Below, piece after piece: positions 51,201 to 61,654 of a stretch of DNA of 64,000 bases (the first letter of the stretch is position 1; each line of letters opens with the position of its first letter). The notes below the pieces were generated by a model. The model ran no database searches. It saw only the letters and a program-made list of their open reading frames with translations, and was not told the origin of the DNA. The position numbers and the translations under genes are program-made. The stretch comes from Iphione sp. A-MEVVRFRX5 (taxonomy: Eukaryota), in the NCBI GenBank assembly GCA_976226885.1, contig OZ320321.1, forward strand, positions 58,714,001 to 58,778,000, given 5' to 3'.

Positions 51201-51905
51201 CTTCTTGTTTTGCAACTGAGGTGGTAATGGGATATATGTGGAGCCTCTTAATGGTTTATACCTGGCTATGTGAAGGGTCATATTCATCACATGATCCAAT
51301 ACCCAGTTACTCCCCTCCCTCTGATACTCAGTGAAAGATTTAAAAATCTTCTGGATAGAGGCTTGAAAACCTGACTCTATGTCCCCTTCTTTCAGGGCTA
51401 TATGACAGTGGCCTCTAAAGACAGGCTCTACAGTTTTATCCTCCTTTCTGAAGCAAACCTGTACAGACAAGTACCACTTTATCCCACCTTTAGCCAGCTC
51501 CTTTCTCAGTCTGTCCACCACCTTATCCTTATGTTTACCCAGAAATACCATCGGATCTTTTTCTTTTCCTGCTTTCAAAACAAACTTTTTCAATGATCCC
51601 CTGAGAGCTGCCCTTTCAAAAAACTCTTCACAATTTTGATCCACCTCCATAGGTTCTTCTTCCCTGTTATGTACCTTCATGTGTTTTTTAAGTACATCTT
51701 TCCTACTAAACTTCTTGTCACATATAGGACATGTATGTTTAACCTCATCGTGTGTTCTCACATGTTTAAGGAGAACATCCCTCCTCTTAAACTCCGCCTG
51801 ACAAATGGGACACTTGTATGACTCAGAATGAGACTTTAAATGCCTTACCAGATGTTTCTTGTGCTTGAAGCTCTTCTTGCATTTGGAACAATCAAATGGA
51901 TTCAT
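48279..51905 (-). CDS. Protein-primed family B DNA polymerase (group 2 type) with three N-terminal C2H2 fingers and an Endonuclease-VII-like insertion (~1208 aa from ATG 51905)
   Basis: Exo motifs YADFES, FHNLRGYD, LTDVLLLADVFENFR; pol motifs YLDANNLYG, KLMNNSVFGK, FTDTDSL; EndoVII-like CHIC...RDHCHITGDFRGAAHKECN; GSNW...LRGSTYIPLP. The track start at 52091 is GTG; the first ATG (ACCATG) is at 51905. Confidence 0.96.
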   Translation of the reverse strand: MNPFDCSKCKKSFKHKKHLVRHLKSHSESYKCPICQAEFKRRDVLLKHVRTHDEVKHTCPICDKKFSRKDVLKKHMKVHNREEEPMEVDQNCEEFFERAALRGSLKKFVLKAGKEKDPMVFLGKHKDKVVDRLRKELAKGGIKWYLSVQVCFRKEDKTVEPVFRGHCHIALKEGDIESGFQASIQKIFKSFTEYQREGSNWVLDHVMNMTLHIARYKPLRGSTYIPLPPQLQNKKAIINVKNHDNKCFLWSVLSALYPADTHSDRVSQYEKYGDTLNMLSISYPVKTTDISKFEKQNEISVNVFGYEKELFPIHITQERHEKHVNRLLYASADVSHYCWIKDLNRLLNDQKSNTHRHFFCDYCLHGFTKESLLDDHRPYCSIHGPQKIELPTENDKWLSFSGRDIAKQLKVPFIVYADFESFATKIDSCSPDPSESYTQKLTHHVPSGFAYKIVGLDEEPVVYRGENVADTFIEHMSQVEEFLKDRLADVTPLEMSETDEKEFRDAVSCHICGGDLLDDRVRDHCHITGDFRGAAHKECNLNYRLRKRIPVVFHNLRGYDAHIIMQAIGKTDKKLECIPNNMEKYVSFSMGCLDFIDSLQFMNSSLEALVSNLAKEGPSKFAHLSQHFPTEHLSLLLRKGVYPYDYVDGPQIFDKVLPPSEAFYNSLTEQHISDSDYRHACQVWETFDIQSLGQYHDLYLLTDVLLLADVFENFRQVCLRYYGLDPANFYTSPGLAWQACMKMTGQRLELLTDLDMHLFIEKGLRGGISMISNRYSKANNLHLPNYDPAKPSTYIMYLDANNLYGWAMSQPLPTHGFRWAEPVDVTQVPDDSDTGYILEVDLDYPAHLHDMHNDYPLAPERKSIDETMLSPYCQSLDMGGSNVEKLVPNLQSKSNYVVHYRNLKQYLSLGLVVTKVHRVLSFEQSPWLKSYIDFNTEKRKQAKNDFEKDFFKLMNNSVFGKTMENLRKRVDVKLANNEEKVKKLVSKPNFHEFKIFNEDLTAIQMKKTKLKLNKPIYVGFSILDLSKTLMYDFHYSYIKAKYGAQAKLLFTDTDSLCYEITTRDIYQDMTEDAHLFDTSDYPEDHPLYSDANKKVLGKMKDECAGVPPSEFVGLRSKMYSLLYDGKEKKTAKGVKKSVVKNTITHQDYKDTLFQKQAQSHSMMQIRSFGHELYTVKLNKTSLSPYDDKRYILANGCDTLAYGHYKTYQ

Positions 51906-52094
51906 GGTGACTCCTGCGATGTATGCTACGATGTTGATCCTCCGGCTGTCAGAAGTGAAATGAGGAAATATTATAAAAGAGCTTACCTTTATCGATGAAC
52001 CTATCCCAGAATCCTTTGCAAAATCTATCCCATAATTCCCTGTTGTGCAATCATCTGGGAAGTGATTGCCAAACAATTCTAAATTTTCCACTAT

Positions 52095-53090
52095 CCTGTC
52101 TGCCGCTTCCTGATTGGTGGTACGTTTTGTATTATTACAAGCACGTCAGTAATGATACAGACAAACAGATTTCAGATTTCAGAAGCCCAGAGGATCAGCT
52201 TTCTGTAGATATAAAGTTTATGAAAATAGGACAATTAGAAGTATGGTTTTTAGCTACTTTTGTACACCCACCCTACCATGTGTGTTCACTATTATCCGGT
52301 CGGCAGCATGCTGATTGGTGATACGTTTTGTGTTATTACGGGGACATCAGTACAGATACAGACAAACGGATTTCAGATTTGAAATGCCCAGGCTCTGGGC
52401 TTTTAGGAGATATAAAGTTTGTCTAGATACAATAATTAGAAATGGTCTTTCTGCCTACTTTAGCAGACCCACTATCAAATCCCAGTCAGCCACTACCCGG
52501 TCGGCCGCATGCTAATTGGCATTACGTTTTGTATTATTACGAGCATGTCACTACAGATAGAGACAAACAGATTACAGATTTGAAATGCCCAGAGTGTCAG
52601 CTTTTTGTAGATATAAAGTTTATGAACATCAGACCATCACAACTGGTCTTTCTACTCACTTTTCTAGACCCACTGTCAAACAAATTACATGGTCGGCCGC
52701 GACCCTACCGGCCGCTTGCTGATTGACGATACATTTTCTATTATTACGACTCTTACAGTAGAGATAGAAACGGATGGATTTCAGATTTGAAATGCCCAGA
52801 GTGTCAGCTTTCTGCAGATATAAAATATATGAAAATCGGATAATTAGAAGTATGCTAAATAAATTTCTTTCTAGACCCACCCTACCATGTGTGTTCACTA
52901 TTATCCGGTCAGCAGCATGCCGATCGGCGTTACGTTTTCTATTATTACGAGCACATCAGTCAAGATGCAGACAAACGGATTGCATATTTAAAGAGAGCAG
53001 GGTATCAGCATTCTGCAGATATAAAGTTTATGACAATCGGCCAAGTAGAAGTGGTCTTTCTGCCCACTTTAGTACACCTACCTTGAAACG
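52095..53090. repeat. 5 x ~201-bp diverged tandem array upstream of pPolB
   Basis: Anchor GATTGG/variants at 52112, 52313, 52514, 52721, 52922 (periods 201, 201, 207, 201). Shared TACGTTTT.TATTATTAC, GATTTCAGATTTGAAATGCCCAG and GATATAAAGTTT blocks. Confidence 0.9.
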
Positions 53091-53116
53091 TCCTTCCTCT
53101 CTGGATGCTGGTGTGC

Positions 53117-53320
53117 ATGTGACGTTTTTGAATATCTACCTACCTGTGCTACTGGTCAAAGGGCACCCATGGTCAAACCCCTTATCTCATCCTCCCTGAT
53201 AACCGGGGACCCACCACCAACCTCAGGTGGTGGGGCTAAGTGGTGGGGCTGTTTTACTATAGAAATGTATAGGGAGGGACCCACCACCAAGTGGTCCAGA
53301 ACCGGCAGTTTTCCCCTACT
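53117..53320 (-). repeat. Right terminal inverted repeat
   Basis: Reverse complement of 44913-45122 without the 6-nt insertion. Confidence 0.95.
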
Positions 53321-53463
53321 CCTGAGGATGTATGTAATTAGACCTCAGGTGCATGTTTTGAGGGGCACGTGGAGTATGTTCAGATAGACTGAATATACGT
53401 ACTAAACTGTTCCCAAGTAGTGAGCTGCCAAGAGAGGGATCGTTGTCAGGGGATGGTATTCTA

Positions 53464-53633
53464 CAGTTGAAACCCTCTTAAAGGCCAACGTGCCAAGGGG
53501 AGACCAACCCAGGGCACAGACCAAAATCCCCCAGTCCAAAACTAGCTGTTCACATTAGAAATCAACTTCCAGAAGAGACCAACTCGAGGGATTCTCCGGT
53601 CCCAAGGTTGGTCTCCTACACAAGTTTTGACTG
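53464..53633. mobile_element. Tc1/pogo-like MITE related to 29119-29299
   Basis: TA-CAGTTGAAACCCTC ... CAAGTTTTGACTG; right flank is TC rather than TA. Confidence 0.4.
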
Positions 53634-54174
53634 TCTACGATATCTAGTGCTGAGAGTTTCGTCATCCTCGGAGTGGCTGAAATCGTGTTTGGTAGTCCTG
53701 TTGTCAGACTCTTATTGGTACAGAAAGCCTTCGTTGTTTATGGACTCCTGTTTCGTGGATCGTAGGCTGTAGACAGATATGATCACGATCATTTTATGCA
53801 CAGGATTCAAGCGGTATAAGTCATGACTTTTTTTAAAAGTGTAACTTTAAAAGGATGACGATGGGAGAAACGCTGTTAAAAATAAGAGAGTCTGAGAAGG
53901 CAGTACATTTACAGTAGTTTCTAGACGGGCGTGATTGCCATGGGCCACTCGGGGTTCGGTTTGGCTTCAGTCCCTTGGTATAGGTACCTGCTGGGGTCTA
54001 ACCGGGGAAAGCACATACTGCTCGCTGGCCGTGCTCTAATGGGAAGCCAGATTAGTTTTCAGGAAGTCTCAACAAGCTCGCCCATCGAAGAATGTCTTTA
54101 GTGGTTTCTTTACGATCCGCTGCACATTGACTTTGAGAACTGATGTGTACTGCTGGGATATTTAATGGTTTGTT

Positions 54175-54178
<4 letters not shown>

Positions 54179-54207
<29 letters not shown>
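54179..54207. repeat. (AT)n microsatellite
   Basis: Read directly. Confidence 0.9.
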
Positions 54208-54211
<4 letters not shown>

Positions 54212-55131
54212 ATTTCCTTGTGTGTTATATTCGCTCCGGCTGGTAAATGTTGCCGTCTCGTAAGGCTTCGTTTTCGGTTGTTCAGGAGTGGGAATTTCAG
54301 ACCGCACGGATGAGCACAGCGATGGGGACTAATCACGATGACAGGTCGCTGTTAAATTGAATTGAAAATACATTTGTTGAGTCATGGTGTCACCTGCTAT
54401 AGATGTGTTTTCAACATACAACTCGTTGTTATACATTCCACAAGGTCGCATTCATTATTTAAACAGGGTATTAAACAATATTTCACGGAATTAGAACAGT
54501 TGATTGTCACTATTATAGTAGATTCAGTTTTGCTCATCAGATGCTTATTTGACGTGTACTTCTGTAAGCTGACCTCCATCAAATCCTTTCAATTCGGAAC
54601 AGACAAACAGATGAAAATCAGTTCGCTGAGACTTCTGATATTCCCGTATTTTATACCACATGCATGGGGGTCCGGGGCTTTCATGGAAATCCTTCAAATA
54701 CCACAAGGTTATATTAGATCAGAGTGGGGTTTTGCCAGTGAGTTTCTCCTTGGTTGTTGTCGGTGATGCTGGTCTCGCCTTTAAAGGGTATAAAAGGAGC
54801 AGACGTCTGGCCACCGAGAGCAGACGTGCCGGGCCTGACACCGCAAGCTGAGATGAGCCCCGGGCCCGACGGTCTCTCCCCCCCCTCCCTCCCACCTTTT
54901 TGGGCCCACCCGCAAAGGTTGTTTAATAATTGAAGTCGCCGGTGACGGACGTTGGCGGAGCTGGCCCGGCTCTGTTCACACTGCTGCTCGTATCCGTGGA
55001 AAAGACACGTCCGCCGCTCGCAAACGCTGCCCCGTGGTTTGTTTGGTGGTTGCTATAGTAACAGATTTCTGTTGGCGGCTATTTGGACGTGCGTGAAGAG
55101 AGCAAAAGCTAGCGATCACGCGAGCGAGTGA

Positions 55132-55292
55132 NNNNNNNNNNNNNNNNNNNNNNNNNNNNNNNNNNNNNNNNNNNNNNNNNNNNNNNNNNNNNNNNNNNNN
55201 NNNNNNNNNNNNNNNNNNNNNNNNNNNNNNNNNNNNNNNNNNNNNNNNNNNNNNNNNNNNNNNNNNNNNNNNNNNNNNNNNNNNNNNNNNNN
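55132..55292. other. Assembly gap (N run), possibly a collapsed (GA)n tract
   Basis: Run of N; the right flank is identical to the sequence following the (GA)n at 22451. Confidence 0.95.
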
Positions 55293-57572
55293 CGATTGTG
55301 TGAGTGATTTAGTGAGTGAGGGTGAGTATGTGTGTATAATGAAGGATACTTGCACAAAGAGAGACAGAAATGATTATATATACATTACCAACTCGTGCCT
55401 TGAGCAATTTGAAGCTGCTATTTATCTACTTCTGCTCAATGGAATTGTTTCATATTTGGACACAGTGATATATTTGCCCCAGTATTGAAGACGACGAATG
55501 AATAATCCTCTATAAATCTCGAGGGTTTAGACGACAAAATGTCACCAGAGAGGATGGCAACAGTTGACTATTCTGTCAATTGGCCCAGTGTCTAGGAAAC
55601 AGCGTAACGTAGAGGAGGTATACGGCAGGTACGTACGCCTGTCAAACAATGACGGTGATATTGTATTGCGGAGAAGACCCCTTGTCATGATTTTATCAAA
55701 GCATTGCCAGTCAATTTACGCCTTTAACTGACTGGATGTGACATGTCTGTTGGAGACAGTTCATTCGTCCTTTGTATTGTCGCAGTTAAAAACAATAGAT
55801 ACGTCATACTTGTCTGCGCAGACGACATTGAATGATGTTTATGGCGGTTTTATTTTCTGGCGTCACATCTCGGTCTTCATTGAATGTTAGATGGGGACAT
55901 AATGCGTGCAAAGGTCATCACTGGAACCATTCATAAATGCGTATATACGTCTCCATTTCGAACAGCTCATGAAAGCATCAACTGACAAGTAAATAGTTTC
56001 AGTCCCCTGCAGAAATTGACCTCAGTGACTGTTAGTCACATTGGACGCTGCAGACGCTATCGCTGTATTTTTCGCTCTGACCCACTAACGTCGACTGTGA
56101 ATCTCATAAAGCTTATTATGGCTGCATCGTGCCGACAGATTCTTTTTTTTTTATATGGTTAACCAGCTCGAGGCACTTTTAACACTCACCACCTAAACAT
56201 ACATGTATTGTTCTGCACTTCTGTTTACTGTCTGTGTGTATAGCGCCCAACGTTCTCGCCCAGTTTTCGGGGCATCACAAAAGTAGTGCCGTCTTTTTTA
56301 AAACAGAACCGTGGAATATAGTCACGCTTCCCTCCGGATATTACCAGCAAGACATGCCCCCCCCACCTCTTCCCCTCCCTCCCTCCTTCCCTCCCCCCCT
56401 CCCCGCTCCCCGCCTCCCCGACCGCGGCGGCGCCTGCTCCTGCGGTGGCAATCAGTCGTCGACGGCTCACCTCAGGCGCTCACTCGAGAGAGGGGTTTTA
56501 GCCACACTTACCGGAGCCACTAGGGTTTCTGTGGCGCCCCCCCGTGTTTGAGATAGAGGAGCTCGCTTTATATTGAAGTAGCAACCTGCGAGCTGCTCGC
56601 GATATTGGGAGAGGTCAAATCTCTGCGTCGTCCCTCTCTCCCCGTTGCTTCGGTGGTGCTTCCCATATGTCGCTTTATTTTCTCGCTTGACATCGGGGCT
56701 TCTCAAGTGTTAATTAATTTGCTCGATATTAGCACGGCTAATGTTTTCCATGTTGTTCGAAATAGAAGGTGTGTGTGTGTGTGTGCGTGCGTACGTGCGC
56801 GCGTAGATTGGTACCCTGATTAATCATAAGAGGATAATAAGGCCCTGAAAGTATGCTTGCTTTATTGTAGGCCTACATGTACAAGTCCTAGAAGAGGTAT
56901 TTTCCATTTCAGATTAAATGAGATTTATTGAGTATGAATATGTACATCGTGTGTACGTTATAAGAGACACTCAGACATTTCATTCAGCGAAAAATATACA
57001 TTTTACTATGGATCATTTATATTTAGGTAGAGGACGAAACCCTGTATAACAAAGTCAGCTTTTGTGTATTAAAATTTATGTTGAAATGCTTTACCTGTGA
57101 TTCATTGTCAACACAGATATACCTGGAAATATATATGTATATATACATACATAAATATATATATGTATAGAGAGAGAGGATCTACTTAACACCCTACCTT
57201 CTTCAACGAAATGTGCTCCCAGAGTATCACTTTGAAATTGAAGTAACTAAACTTTGATTTTATATCGATCATTTAGTCATGCAGTCCCTTGACCTTGAAT
57301 GAATGACCCTTGATGCGTCATTCTTGTTTCCTGCTCATTGAAAAGTCCTGAGTCATAGAGATAGATGACCATGGTTGTTACGTGGTCTGTTGGTAACAAC
57401 GTCTGGGGTAGGACTCTTTAAGTCCCCCGTCGTTGTTTGTGTCTTTGTGATCTTTCTCCTAGAGCAGGTTATTTTATTCCTCTCAACATTTCCGGACCTC
57501 GTTCTTCTCGTAAGGAGCCGCAGCCCTGCAACCAGCCAGTACCCTTGGCGGCTATTTTCAAAGCGGGACTCA

Positions 57573-58158
57573 GGGGCTGTTCACATGTATGCGTATATGG
57601 TCTCCGTATTTTTCTACGTCTCCAGACATATAGACACCCATCCTATAGAAATCATGTAGATCATTCAGATGTACACGCACATGTATTTGTCTACGTCTGT
57701 GGATACGTACACGTAGATGACGAACCGGTCCAGGACGGGTTTTCTACATCTATGGATGTGTAGCCCAGAGAAAGCAATAGTACAGAGACATCTGGCTTAA
57801 CATGTGAACAATTAAATACATATCCACAGGGGGGCATCCTACATTACGTAGATGTGTTTTTGGTCCGTGGTTTGTACTGTTGCAACCAGATCTCAACATG
57901 ACTAATGTCCACTCAAAAGGTTAAGTTTGAGGTGTTTATTGTAAGAAATCCAAACCTTAACTGACAACAAAGTCCGCAGGGTGCTGGTATTTATACAGAA
58001 AATGTTATGTGTGGAGCCAAACTAACTGAACAGCTCATGAAGAACAACCTAGAACAGCTCGCGTGGAGCAACCTATGCAGTTCTGAACTTTTGTACTGCA
58101 CTGGCAGAGCGAGTCGGCACTGCTCCGCTACAGTATGTACATACATGTGAACAGCCCC
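57573..58158. mobile_element. PIF/Harbinger-like MITE with TCA TSD
   Basis: Perfect 19-bp TIR GGGGCTGTTCACATGTATG / CATACATGTGAACAGCCCC; TCA at 57570-57572 and 58159-58161. Confidence 0.85.
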
Positions 58159-60243
58159 TCAGCCTATAAGGCAGAGTCACATTACTCGGCCGTGGCCGCC
58201 ATCAGATCATGTGACGAAAGACAATTAGATGTGACAGTGGGCCTACCAGTCCTCAGATGTCACCGGAACTGGCACGTGCTGATAATTCACGGACGCAGCC
58301 AATCTGCACGAGACGACGTTTACCTCGTGTGTGTCCATTTAACACGAACTCGTTCGTTTCTTCGCTGTTTTGGGGTTTAACCACTCGCTTCCTCCCTCCG
58401 AGGCTGGAATAACCATTGTTGCCTCGTTGACTGAAATACCCCCGTCGGCCTGCAGTGGGAAAATGGTTCACTCTCTCGTGATTTAACCTTCACCCACCGA
58501 GTTTGAGGTCACACGCAGGCGGACCGCACTCTGCATACCGTATATAACCCGCGGCACTACCTGCGGATAAAGGTCAACGACATTCTCCTCATCAGGAGAG
58601 TCAGAAAAACAGGCCGGCGAATAGGCAGGCAGGAATCCTCACCCAAGCCAACCATCTTGTAATGAAAGCGGCCGCCTCCCAGCGAAGGCAGCTATAGCCG
58701 TCTTCGTGGGAGTTGGCTGCAGAGCGCTGCCAGGTCCAAAACAGCATGAAAGCTGAAATGATCTGCGTCTAGGTATAAAGCAAACCAAGCACCTTTTTGT
58801 TTTGATTATTTCTTTTTTTTAATGACAGAAAGCCTCATTCTGAGTGGCCTGTCGGTCATATTCTTTGATGTTGAAGTAATAACTATTTGGCCGATTGCTC
58901 TTGCGAATTCTATGGCCATTTATGAAAAGGCCACAAGGCTGTTATGATTAGGTCCGGGGAGATAGGAAAATGAGCAAGACTGCTTTGTGTGTTATCGTAA
59001 CAGTTTCCCTACAGTACAAAGGCGAAATGTTTTCAATAATTCGCAAGTATATGTAAAAACCGAACTGCTCACTCGAAAAAGCTGTCAGCATTTTTCAGTG
59101 TTTATACCATAAAGATCGATAAATAGGCTTAGATTTTCATTAGGTTTATTATTTGTAACATTTCTAGATGATTGCATGTACAATTTACGTGTATAGATTC
59201 CCCCCACGGAGCACGGTCCGTTCATGATGGGTGTGTGGCTTGGTATCTTTGTTTGCAGCTTGACATTTTTTTTTAGCTCATGTATATGGCAGCGCCCCTT
59301 TGCAAGGCAGATTCCTTTGGAATCCAAATATTATAATGATTTGGCAGAAATTCTAGTTAACAGAGGTCGCTTGTAAATGTGTATTGTTCAGACTATATAA
59401 CAAGGTATGATACTCGTGGAAGGAATTTCGATCTGAAGTTACTGCAGTTTCTGACCAATGCAGATACGGGCAGACGGCTTTTTACCTCTAAAAGGGTCCC
59501 TGAGTATTAAGTGGCGTCATTGCTTGACTGGGGGTTCCCTTGACATGGCTGTTTCTGATTTCCTCCAGCAGACCCTGTAAAAAAAAGGTAGTCGGAGGTG
59601 ACGTCAGCCGTCGCATCCAGAGCATGCGCACTGCTGACGAACCTAATCGCAGCGCCCCCTCGGGCCGAGTGGTGGAGCAGAGGTGACTTTTCGGCCGGCA
59701 CCTCTGAGCAGGACCTTTGGTAGCATCATGCCAGCGTCACCTTACAAAGTCTGTAATGTCCAAGGCAAGCCTCACTTTGCCGGTAGAAGAAGGGCAGTTC
59801 CTCACATTAGAACGTAATACGTCACCCGCAGAGAGGCACGTCGAGGATGACATGCTGTGATCAAAGCCAGTATCACGTCTACAAAAAGCGCGGTCTTCCT
59901 CGGTATCGTCCGGACGTTTGTCGTCTGCCTCATTGCACGGTCGGAGAAAAACGATACAATGAAAGGGGCACGTAATACTTGAGATTTATCGCACGTAGCA
60001 ATTCTGTCTGGCCAGCAAAGTACCTCGTATATCTCAGAAAAGGTAGTACATCTGTGTGTAATTTAGTTTACATTTACATGTATATATTTCAGTTTACAAG
60101 TGTTTTGTTTTGTGTGCTAGCGAGCCCGTTTGGGCCAACTGCTTTGGTCTTGTAGTCTTCGTCCGAGATATCCTGGCTATCATACCCGGAGGTGAAATAA
60201 AGCTAATTGAGTCCATGTAAACCTCCGCTGAATAGGCGTCATT

Positions 60244-61222
60244 TTCAGTTCAGTTCAAAATATTTTATTGAGCATAATAGACCCACCTGTACAGGTGTCT
60301 GACACTATACACTCATCCAAGAAACAGTACATCCAACGCGTATCGGCGGTTAAACAAAAATCTCTTAACCCTTACTGGGTCCATCTTAAATAAGCCCTTC
60401 GTAGATAATTTTTGATAAATGGACAAGGTTGTGAGATGATCTCTTTAGGAAGAGAATTCCACCTCCTAGACCCCTTGAATACAAAACTATTCAAGACAAG
60501 ATGTGTATTAGGCTTCACAACAACTAATTGAGTATTACACCCTTGCCTAGTGTTACTCACACTCTTCAACTTCCAGAAGGACAAAGACAGCATGCCTGTT
60601 AGAAGCATTAAGGTTGCATGGCATATTCGTTCTTCTAGATTTCGAATATTCTCATCAGCTATATACTTCAGTATAAATTGTTTACCAGTATATCTCCTGA
60701 AAAATAACAAACGTATTGACTTAATCCAAGCTGTTTCAAGCCTGTCTTTATCCCTCTCACACAATGAGCACAGGAAAGAGATACCATAATCCAGATGTGG
60801 AATAACATAAGCTTGATATAATTTTGATAACAGCTTATTACTCAGCAGATCCTTACTTCTAAATAATAGATAGCTAACCTTCCTTATTTTCATTATTTTG
60901 TGGTCAACCATGCTCTTAAAGAGCAATCGACTATCCAGATGAAAACCTAAAAATTGAAACAAATGCACTTGTTCCAGTATAATACCCTGAAGTGCTATGT
61001 CTAACACAAAATCTCTTGTTTTACCATAACACATAACTTTAGACTTATTCTTGTTGACAATCAAGCCATTATTTCGGCACCAATCACCAATTTTGTGAAC
61101 AGTATGTTGCATCTTTGACCGCAAGCCCAAGGCGTTCGACCCCCATGACAAGATGGTTATATCATCCGCATAAGCCAGAATTTTAGAAAGGAAAGCACAT
61201 TTAAAAATGTCGTTAATATATT
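60244..61222 (-). mobile_element. 5'-truncated CR1/L2-group LINE (C-terminal RT half, 3' UTR, tail)
   Basis: YINDI...ILAYADDITI, DWCRNNGLIVNKNKSKVM, FLGFHLD, LDYG, WNSLP, stop at 60372; AATAAA (60264-60269) then a short (TGAAC)n tail. Homology is lost just upstream of YIND. Confidence 0.88.
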
Positions 61223-61620
61223 TTGTTGCCAGTGGAGAGAACCTGGCGTTGGAATCGCCCACCTCCACCTTCTCGAAACTTCTTCGTGCCTTTCGTGATT
61301 GGGTGGGTTGGTGGGTGGGTTGGGGAAAGGTGAAAGAATGTTGGGTGGCGGCTGTATTAACAGTGACAGTCTCACCTTATAGCTCCAGATAGTCGCCAGA
61401 TGCCATCGATCTCTTCTGCAGCCCCCCCACCCACCACCACCACCACCACCACCACTCACAACCCCACATCTTCTACCTCCTTCTTCCTCCATCCCTCCCT
61501 CCACTGGAGTAATCCTGCCGTATCTGTGCCAAACCCTGGAGGCGGTCAGCGGATCTAGCAGCCAGCCCCTGTCTCTAACGTTTACCAGTCTCCAAGACAG
61601 CGAGCTCGTAGCGAGCGGCG

Positions 61621-61654
<34 letters not shown>

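Larger units (their letters stand above)
44913..53320 (-). mobile_element. Compact (8408 bp) Polinton/Maverick element: pPolB, packaging ATPase and integrase only
   Basis: Termini 5'-AGTAG...CTACT-3'; ~200-bp TIRs; identical 6-bp TSD CCTGAG at 44907-44912 and 53321-53326; three uninterrupted hallmark ORFs. Confidence 0.96.

Noticed and set aside
51995-53199. Plus-strand ORFs through the 201-bp array as a repeat protein (all periods are multiples of 3)
   Set aside because: Several in-frame stops, and differences between units are mostly non-synonymous; behaves as non-coding DNA.
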